DNA from: Piromyces finnis finn
Lineage: Eukaryota > Fungi > Neocallimastigomycota
DNA length: 64,000 bases
Reading direction: 5' to 3'
NCBI GenBank assembly: GCA_002104945.1
Contig: MCFH01000014.1
Coordinates: 558,001-622,000 of the forward strand
A model generated the notes under the pieces. The model worked only from the letters and a program-made list of their open reading frames with translations. It did no database searches and was not told where the DNA came from. Each line of letters opens with the position of its first letter. Positions within the stretch are counted from its first letter, which is position 1. The position numbers were made by a program, and so were the translations under genes. Positions 41,289 through 51,294 of the stretch are shown here, one piece after another.

Positions 41289-44200
41289 TTAAAAAGAAAA
41301 TAATAATTGATATCGTTTAAGTTTTTGTTGTTGAAACAAAGCCACGGTTTGTAATAAAAAAGAAAGATAAATAGAACTAGCTGGATCATCATCATCTAAT
41401 GTATCATTTTTAGTATTTAAATCTATGGCTTGTTTAAGACGATAACACCAACACCATAGGGTTTTTTCATAATCTAAACTAATATCTATGCATTTTTTTA
41501 CATCTGTTTTTGATACGTTTAACATGATTAATTGTTGATGGAAAGATAAAGGTTCATTAATTTTATAAATAGGATATTCTTTTAAAAAATTAAGATATTG
41601 AGATAAGGTCCATGCTTCTGGTATACTTTTTCCCCCTATCATGGTATTGAAATCTTTTTTTTGATTTATGGCATTATCATCTATCGATGATGTAGATGCT
41701 GTAGCATACCCTTCCTCATTATTGATCATAGTAAATTCAAGGTAGATTAACCCTGCAGGATCATTTTGTTCGTTTTTCAAATTCGTAGGAAATTTTAAAT
41801 TTTTCATCTCTTTTAATAAAATTTTTAATATATCCCTGTCGTGATAATACTGAAAATCTATCCATAATAATTTATTTATAGAAAGCTTATTTTTTTGTAT
41901 AGTGTGAATAAAATTATGTTTTTCGTATAGTTTTGGCCATTTCTTTAGAGTATCTCGATGAATAATTTCTTTTACCAATTGAACTATAAAGCCGTGCAGT
42001 AAAATTATATATTGAAATTGTCATATTAATTAAAAAATGTTAAATCATAAGATAAATAAAAAAAAAAAAATTAAAAATTTTATAATTTAATAAAGCTTAA
42101 AATCTAGTTTTTAAATGAATGAAACCATGCCTATACACATTAAAATTTAGTATATCTAGGAGATATTATTTGATATTTAGTGGGATAGTTGTTCAAATAT
42201 TTAATCTTTTTAAAAAGTATTTTATCTTTAATATAATTCCTTTTTTTTTTTACTTTTATTTCTAATCTTTCTAGTATTAATCCATAAAATATTTTCAAGT
42301 AAATATATTTAATCTTTTTTTTTTTTTTTTAAAAAAAAAGTTTAATATTGTAATTAAATTAAACTTTTCCATATGTATTTTTTCATAGCATTATAATAAA
42401 AATTTATTAAACTTTTTTTATATATTAGTTTTTTTAATTTATATTTACTAAATTTAGTAAATACAAATAGGTTGAATAATATGTATTATGTATCTTATAG
42501 TTATTGTGCTTTTTATATGCTTTTTTTTATTATTTTACTCAAAAATAATTATATTCATTATATATTTTTATGCTATTTCAAATTAGAGTGAAAAATATAC
42601 ATTTATATTCTTTAATTGCTTTTATTTTTTATATTGAATAAATAATTTTATTTTTATTATTTTATTAATTTAATTATTATTTTAATTATTGTTTTAATTA
42701 GTAAAAATTCTGTAAATTTTATATTAAATTAAAATAAAAAGGTAAAAGTAATAAATAGATTATTCATAAAAAGCAAATTACCTCTTTGTTGATGATGAAA
42801 ACAACTATGCCATTGTAAATTAGGAATTTTTTGACAAAAATATCTTCCATAACCACACCATCCAAAATTAAAATCTGCAACTCTATCTGATGATTTTAAG
42901 CAAAGACATTTTTCTAATTGATTACATTGGTTTATCTAATTATAATATAGACAATTAATAATAATAATAAAAAAAAAAGAATTAACATATAAATATAAGA
43001 GAATATAATTATTATTATTATTAATAATTTATTATATTTTAAATCATTATCATATGAAATTTTCTAAAAATTTAAAACGACTAATAATTTTTATATTAAA
43101 ATTATAGATTTTTTTTTTAATGAAAAATATATATAAAATGGTTTACTTTTTTTTTAAAAGTATAATAGCTATATTATTAGTCTTATTATTATTTATATTA
43201 GTTATTATAGAAAATTTCATTTTTTTTTTTTTAATTTAGGTAGTTTTTTATTATTACTACAGAAATTTTAAAGTAGTATTATATATGTATATTACTTGTG
43301 CCATTAATAAACCTGAGGAATAAATAGTGTTGATAAATAATCCTGTTATATCATAGTAGTGAATACCAAGCATACATATTAATAATTCTATAGTATATAT
43401 AAAATAATAAAATATTAATATATTACATATATTAATTATATAAATATTAAAAAAAGTAATTTATCAAAAAAAAAAAAAAATGTGGGAGTTGTTTCAATTT
43501 TTTTTTTAATTCTATAGGATTTAATTTTTTGTAATATATTCTGAAATATATTATACCTTATATAAGATAAATTAAATAATAATATATGGAAATAAGTAAT
43601 TATAAAATTTCTGCAATTTTAAAATTTTTTTATTTATTATTCCAATTTAGTATAAAAACAAAATATACCTTTATTATTCTCATTAATCTTGGTGCTAGTA
43701 CCATCAAGTAATAAGCTAAATCGATCAAATTGATATGTTTGATTAATATTATCTAAAACCATTTATTTATTTTTTATAGGGATAGATATAGTAGAAAGGG
43801 TTAAAAGTCATTTTAATATTTTTAAATTTTCTATATTTTTAATAAAAACTTGAAAGAGTAACCTTTTTTTTGTAGTATGGATGTATTATTCGATGGGTAA
43901 ACATCCCTTTTAATTTTTTTAAAATAGAATTGATACCAAAATAAAAAACTCATTATCATTAAAATAATTATTATTATGGAGATGATGATTATCCTTTTAT
44001 TTTTTAAATATTTTAAATAATCTATTCTTCTGGCGGGGGAATAAAAATTTTGAATAAAAATTTTTATACGTAGCCTTAATATTTTTGTAGTTGAATTAAA
44101 TGTAGATGGAATGGTCGTGAACCTAGAGTTATTTTGGTAAATCCATTGAAATTTTGATTTTAGAAAGAAAGAAATTAAAGAGGAAAGGTAGTAATAATAA

Positions 44201-44403
44201 GTTTGAAGTTTTGAACATTTATTATGAAAATATAACTTTATATAAAAAAAAAAATTTTGGAAGGGGTAAAGGTAAAAGTCATTTAACCATTGAAATACAT
44301 TTTTTAAAATATTGGCCTTTTTATATTTTTGTTGTTGGAGAAAGTAACAAACTAATGGATATTCTTTTTTTAATTGACTTTCATTTTGTATGAGATATTT
44401 CAT
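41289..44403 (-). CDS. Highly divergent cyclopropane-fatty-acid synthase / sphingolipid C9-methyltransferase-like protein; five predicted exons
   Basis: Exons about 43864-44403 (with a TM segment), about 43670-43752, 43296-43342, 42782-42935 and 41289-~41983 splice in frame. The product includes TIYSSGLLMAQINQCNQLEKCLCLKSSDRVADFNFGWCGYGRYF, then LIYLEF, DYEKTLWCW and IYLSFLL...YQLLF, collinear with CFA/C9-MT motifs. Confidence 0.6.
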
Positions 44404-44462
44404 TTTTGTGTATCACTATTGTATTTAAATTTTTTGTTTATATTTTTTATATAAAATAAATG

Positions 44463-44509
<47 letters not shown>

Positions 44510-45654
44510 GAAAAAGAAGAAGAAGAAATGACAGCGTCTTAATAAATTTTAAATCTATAAAAAATAATGTAAAAAAAAAAAAAAGATAATTTTCCTATTT
44601 TTTATATCTTTTAATTAGAAAAGAATAAATTAATTTTTTTAAAAATAATTCATTTTTTTTTTAAAAATGATGTCATTTTTAACAAATTTTATTTATTTAT
44701 TTTTTAACAAATTTTTGATCATTTTTTCCCCTTCTTCTTACAGGTGGTTAAAGCGTGCTTTGTCTATACACCCTTCTTGATTTTACTAAATATATGTTTA
44801 AGATGGTATATATTCCATTCAAATGTAATGGATGGTTGGAAGGAACAACAAAACATCTAGAGTTTTCACATTTTTCACTCTAAGAGAAAAGTATATTTTT
44901 TAAATTCTATCGCTATTTTGTATAATAGGAATATTAAAAATAAAATGATAAATGCATAAATAATAGAAAAGATGAGTTTTTTTTTTTTTTTTTTTTTTTT
45001 ATGTCAACATCCATTACACCATTATAAACATGATGGATACTATATATATAGGTATATTTTTTCAATGTGGAGTTGTCATTAAAAAAAAAAAAAATTAGCA
45101 TCTGTAGGTATGTTATATTTAAATTAAATTTTTTTTTTTTTTTTTTTGACGATGCACCAGGCCGCAATTAAAAATAGCCCTTTTAAATGATTCCATCTTT
45201 CAAAATAAAATAAAAACAGTTACTGCAGCAGCCTAAAATAAAATATTATTAATTATAATAAAAAGGTATCTTGGTGGACAATTTTTTATTTTTTATTTTT
45301 TTATTTTATTTGTATTATTAGTATTTTTTTTTTTTTTTTTTGGTTTATATATATATATAAATAAATTAAAGGGAATTTAACTATTATTATTTTAATTACA
45401 TATATGATACTATAAATTCCTTTTTTTTTTTTTTTACAATAAAAGTCTATTTTATTATACTCTTATTATTTATCAATAATAACAATATAATGTTTTTTTT
45501 TTTTTTTTTTTTTAACCTCTCGTTTTTTTTCTATATTTTTTTTAATAAAATAAATAATAAATTATAGTTTTTTTAAAGAAAAATAGTAAAACAAAAGGTT
45601 TCAAAAAAAAAAAAGTTTATATATTCTTTATGCTTAAAATCTATAATCGTTCAT

Positions 45655-46392
45655 TTAGATGAAGAAACAAGCAAATAAAACAGCAATGAAAGCAGTGATA
45701 GCTGGAGAGATAGTAATACTGCTGCTCTTTTCATTGGTTTGTTCTACAGCATTTCCGTTAGTTTCGGTAGCTCCATTTTGAACTTGAGCATTAGTGTTGT
45801 CAGCGAAATTACCAACGGAACCAGCATTACCATTTTGGGAAACAGAAACATTATTAGCAATAGTGTTTTCAACAGTAACTGGTCCAGAACCGACAGCTAA
45901 GGAACCAGCAATTGGGAACCAAGTTTCGTATAAAGATTCCATTATTTGATCACCAACCATTGGCTTTTGAGTGGCAGTTTGATCGGTGTATGGAGTGTAA
46001 ACAATACAGTATTTCTTGTTTTCCATTTGAGCTGGTAATTGGAATTGGTAAGACATTGGGGAAGTTGGAATTGGAAGACGTTCAGATTCCATGAAGAAAG
46101 TATCATCGACCATAAATCCATTACCAGTACCAATAGCAATAGTAAAGTAGTTAACTAAACCAGAAGCTAAAGCAGCATTTTCTGGGGTTGGTGGTTCATA
46201 ATTAATAGTAATAATGTCTCCTTCCTTAACATTACTTTCTGGAGAGTGATGGAAATTACTTATGAATTCAATTCTATTTGGAATTTCATTGACATTGAGG
46301 TTCTTTAAAGCTTCCTCAGTTTCCTTGTCAGTTTGTGGTTTTGCTAAAGCTAAAACAGAAAGAACTATAAAGAAGAAGGCCTTAATAAACAT
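45655..46392 (-). CDS. Uncharacterised secreted, probably GPI-anchored protein (245 aa, intronless)
   Basis: N-terminal signal peptide MFIKAFFFIVLSVLALA; N/G/A/T-rich stalk; C-terminal KSSS followed by hydrophobic ITISPAITAFIAVLFACFFI; coding-like base composition. Confidence 0.85.
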   Translation of the reverse strand: MFIKAFFFIVLSVLALAKPQTDKETEEALKNLNVNEIPNRIEFISNFHHSPESNVKEGDIITINYEPPTPENAALASGLVNYFTIAIGTGNGFMVDDTFFMESERLPIPTSPMSYQFQLPAQMENKKYCIVYTPYTDQTATQKPMVGDQIMESLYETWFPIAGSLAVGSGPVTVENTIANNVSVSQNGNAGSVGNFADNTNAQVQNGATETNGNAVEQTNEKSSSITISPAITAFIAVLFACFFI

Positions 46393-48266
46393 TTTGTACT
46401 ATAAAATAATATAATATAAAAGAATATATTAATATTTTATGTAATTAAAAATATTTTTTTTTAAAAAAATATCAAAAATTCAATTTTATATTTTTAATTT
46501 TGTTTATTTGTAATATCCAAACATTTGAATTTCTTTTTTTTTATTAAAACTCTATATTTATCTTTAAATATAATATTGTATGGTATGCGAATTGAATGTC
46601 CATTGTTTATTTAACACTAATTATTATCTATCAACATTAATAATTTATTATTACTGTTTTTTTTTAATCTACATTTTCAATGATTCTTAGTTTGCTTATT
46701 CTCCCCAAGTATTAATATATATTTTTACTTATTGATATATAATTTTTATTATTTATTTATAGTTACTTTATATTTTCAAAGTATATATATATATTTTTTT
46801 TAATTTGTTCTAAATATATTATGTTGACTTATTTTGATTTTATGTAAAGATGTTAAAATAATAAAGAATGAAAGAAAAAAAAACTTTTTCTTTTTTTCTT
46901 ATTTATTTAAAAAAAAATTTTTTTTTTGTTTTACTGTTACGTTATTTTATTTTGTTATTACGTCAATTCTTATTTTGTTTGATAGATGATAGATATGATA
47001 AGAAATATTTGGATTCTTTATTTAATTAATCTTTAATGTTTCATTTCATACTCACTTTTTTTTTTATATTCTATTTATTTTTTTTTTATTTTATTTTTAT
47101 TTTTAAATGGATTAAAGAAGGGTTTATTTTATTTTTTATTTTAATTTCTTTTAAATTTAAAATATTCTTTTTTTTTTAACTTTTAAAATTCTTTTAATTA
47201 TTTATTTTTAAAAAAAATTTTTTTTTTTTTGCATTCTTTTTTGTAGTTTTATATAAAAAGATTTTAATTATACTTGTAATATATTAACCAGTATATTACA
47301 ATAAATTATATTATAATATACTTAATTTATTTAAATCAATAACATTTATATTATTATTGATTTCATTTATGAAGAAATCTTATTGTACTAAGAATTAATT
47401 TAATTAATTAAAAATACATTATGAAATTAATACAATTAATAGCACTCTAATAATATAAATTAATATATAGGTAGATATATTATAATACTTTAAAATAATA
47501 TATCATAGTATATTCAAAATATATTTAATACTCATCTTTACTAAATATGGTTACAATTTTAAATTATTTAATTTCTAAATTAAAATATAATATATTATAC
47601 TATAATGTAATATATTATACTTTAATTAATAATTCATTGGCAAAGAATTAAAAAAAAAGTGAAGCACGAAGTAAAAAGCAAAAAAGGCCAGGCATTAGAA
47701 TTTGGTGGTGAAATGAAAAAGTTGAAAGCAAAAAAAAAAAAAAGATGAAAAGGAATGAATTTTAGTATAAAAAATAAGGAATACATACAATAAAAAAAAG
47801 AGATCTATTATAAACATTGATATTTAGAAGCTTTTATTGTATAACTAAAAGGTGAAACTTTTTTTAAATAGAGTGAAGGATGATCAATTAGCTATTATAA
47901 AAGTTTATTTAATAATAAATTGAAATAGTTAAAAAAAAAAAAGTGGTAAAAAAGAGGTTTTTTTTTTTTTATAAAAAAAAGAGAATATTAAAAGGAATGA
48001 ATGTGGTATAACAAAGGATAAAGTAAAATGCAAATTAATGGTTTAACTTTTCAATATAAATGGTTTATTATCCTTTTTTTTTTTTTTTATTAAATAATAC
48101 ACCACCTCTTTTTTAAATTTATTATCAAATAAAATTATAATACTTTATTAATTAATAATACAACAATGTATTACAATACATATTACAATTAAAATGGAAT
48201 GAATCAATTGACCGCAGTTTTTACAAATTATGAATTTGTTTTTTTTTTATAGGCTAAAGTTTTAGC

Positions 48267-48366
48267 TTTAGCTAAATTTTACTACAATATGGTTAAAATC
48301 ATTTTAACCACAAATCAATTATAAATCATTACCACAAATCTAATATTGTGGTAAAATTTAGCTAAA
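48267..48366. repeat. 100-bp element with 24-bp terminal inverted repeats (23/24 match) and an internal hairpin; MITE-like
   Basis: Arms are tttagctaaattttactacaatat (48267-48290) and atattgtggtaaaatttagctaaa (48343-48366); inner hairpin ggttaaaat-c-attttaacc. Confidence 0.6.
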
Positions 48367-48746
48367 TTCTATGTGTTAGTTTATAATGAATGGAATATAT
48401 TGACAAAAATGAGATATATTCCTATTAAAAATTGATGAATTTTCTTTTCTTTTGTTTTTGACTTTAATTTATATATAGTAATTTTTTATAAAATATTTAT
48501 AGCAATAAAAAGCTAAATTAACTACTGTGTAAAATGAAAAATTAAAGTCTAAAATAATGAATGATACTATAGTTTTAATATATATATATATATGTATGTA
48601 TATATAAAGAAAAGATTAAAAATGTTATTTTTAATAAGAGAAATATTATAATTATAAATAAAACATATTAAAACATATTTTATAAGAAAAACATAAGAGA
48701 ATATAATAATGATGTATAATAAAAATAAATGTATTAATAATAGTTT

Positions 48747-48781
<35 letters not shown>

Positions 48782-49024
48782 TTCTTATTCAGTAAAATTT
48801 CACCAATTATATTATTTTTTAAAATCTATAAATATATATGTTTTAATAGACAATAATAAATCGTATGGAAATAATAAAAAATATTTTCAAGACACAAAAG
48901 TCGATGAATCCTTCAATAGTACTATTAAATATTTTTCAATAAAGTTTTTTATTTTTGAAAATGTAGAATTGCTTTTGGAGTTACATGATTTTTGTTTAAT
49001 ATTTTACAATTATATTTTTGTTAT

Positions 49025-49965
49025 TTAGTTAGCAAAACGCTTTTCAGATTTTAAGTATTCAATAATTTCTGGATTCTTAGAAACAGTTTCGTAAACCTTC
49101 ATAAGATTTGGAGTAGTTTCATTACTGAAAAATCCTTTTAATGGTGGGAAATTAATGTAATTTTCAACAAGACGATAGGCAACAATATCAACATAAGTAA
49201 GTTTGTCGTCCATATAATGTCCATTGGATCCGTTATTAGCAAGAATTTCTTCTTGATATTGAATACTGTTCTTAATGGCTTCGTTGTTTAAGATAGTCTT
49301 TTCAACTGGTTCACCTAATCCTCTCTTTAATATTTAGTTTATATACAGGTATAATAATAGAATATCTTTAGTATTATACTTTTTTTTTTTTTTTTTTCTT
49401 TCAACTATGAACATATAAGAATAATAGAAATACTTACTTTAGCCTTGAAAGCAGCCATTATAATTTTATCGGCAACATCATAAAGTCCAGTGAAGTAGGA
49501 ATCAAGGAGTGCATTCTTACATGGACATTCAGCAGCTAAATCTATTGTTATTATTATTTTTATTTTTATAATATACAATTTTAGAATGTTTTAAAACATT
49601 TTAAAATGTTCATTTATATTTTATATTTTTTTTTAATATTTATTTAAAAATGATTATTCATTTCTGTGATTGTATATAAATAAAAAAATAATAATTAATA
49701 AATTATAATAATACATACTAAAAGTATTGGCAATATATCTAATAATGGCACTAGTTTCAACTAAACGAAGTTCTTTTCCATCAGCTTTATGTTCAATTAA
49801 CATTGGAACTTGCTTATATAAAAGACCTTCAGTAGAGAACTTTTCTTTAGCCCAGTCATTAATTAATTTGTTTTCCCAGTTAGCTTTAGCAGCAGCTAAA
49901 ACTAAACGAACAAATTCACCTCTACCTTTAATTGGGAAATAATAAACTTCAAACTTGGAATCCAT
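49025..49965 (-). CDS. Glutathione S-transferase (Tyr-type; sigma/pi-like), three exons
   Basis: EVYYFPIKGRGEFVRLVL, KQVPML, VETSAIIRYIA, and C-terminal DKLTYVDI (N-cap/hydrophobic staple) and PNLMKVYETV..NPEIIEYL. Confidence 0.93.
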
Positions 49966-50754
49966 TGTTGGTTTTTCTTTAATAATTATTATTTAATAAT
50001 TTATTGTTTTCTTTAATTTTTTTTTTTTTTTTTTTTTTGATTAAAGTGGTGTAAAGGTAATTATTAAATTTAGCAACTTTTTAATTATCAAAAGTATTAA
50101 TTTAATAATTAGTATATTAAATTATACTCTAATATATAATCGAAAAAATAAAATTCAATTTTTTGATTTTTGTATAATACATTAAAAAAAGAACTAAATA
50201 TTATGCTATAACGACATAACTAAAAGCAATAGGATTAAAAAAAAAAAAGGTAAACTAGCATGATTCTAGAGAAAAACTGATATTACTATTAGATAAGAAT
50301 TAAAAAAACATAATAAAAAGTATAATTTGTTTTTATTATTAATGATGATAAAATAATAAAAAAATATTATGTTTATTTATTTTAATACCATTTCTTCTTT
50401 TTTATTGATAATTGTAATTATAGTAATTAGTATGTATATAAAATTTAATAGATAACTTACACTTTACTAATTCCTTTCTTTACTTTTAAATATTGATTTA
50501 TACAGATATTTATTTATTATGAAAAGTGTATAAAGTTCATTAATTTATTTATATAGATATCTATTTATTATTAAAAGTGCATAAAGTTCATTAATTTATT
50601 TATATATAATATAAATAAAAGTCTGACCAGAAGTCTAATAAGTGTTGAAGTTATTCTAGCTAAAAAGTCTGGTTAAAATTGCCAAAAAGTTTAGGATAAT
50701 TTTTTTTAGACTTCCATATATCCTCATCTAACCCCCTGAGTTATATATAGTTAT

Positions 50755-50931
50755 GTGATTGTGCATTATTGTACATTGCCATATCAGTACGATATCAGCA
50801 CAATCACCCTCTGGGAAGGACTAATATGGAATGGCTTATTGCTCTTAACGATCCTTTCACACATAACCCTACCAACAGGAAAATCTCTAAAGAACTGTCA
50901 ATGGCGGGGGTTGAACCATATAATAAACATA
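50755..50931 (+). ncRNA. Candidate structured ncRNA (possibly H/ACA type) in a GC-enriched island downstream of a TATA-like element
   Basis: TATA-like TATATATA at about 50742. Stems GTGATTGTGC/GCACAATCAC, AAGGA/TCCTT and AACCC..CCA.ACAG/CTGT..TGG.GGGTT. ANANNA (ACATAA) lies between hairpins, and the 3' end is GAACCAT-N7-ACA. No family confirmed. Confidence 0.25.
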
Positions 50932-51294
50932 ATAACATAATAATTGTAAAATAAATTTAATTAATAAATTATTATATTAACAAAGAGAAAAAGTTACATT
51001 ATAAATATTACAGTCATGCAACCATAAAAAATAAAATAAAGAGTAACTATCTCTAAAGCATATAAACATTAAGTAGACTCTTTAAATCAGACATATTTAT
51101 ATTTTTATAATATAATTACACGTGTTTTCATAAATATTCATAAATATATGTTATAAACAAATAAAAATATGTTTCTATAAATATATTAGAATTAGACATA
51201 ATATTTTAGGTTTGAAAATTTTAAAGGGAATAAGAAAGAAAACAAGACATAAAGCTATATATTTAAATTTAGATATTAAATTATACATTTGAAT

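Noticed and set aside
50866-50873. TAACCCTA as a possible telomerase-RNA template
   Set aside because: An 8-nt match only; no pseudoknot or other telomerase-RNA elements identifiable.
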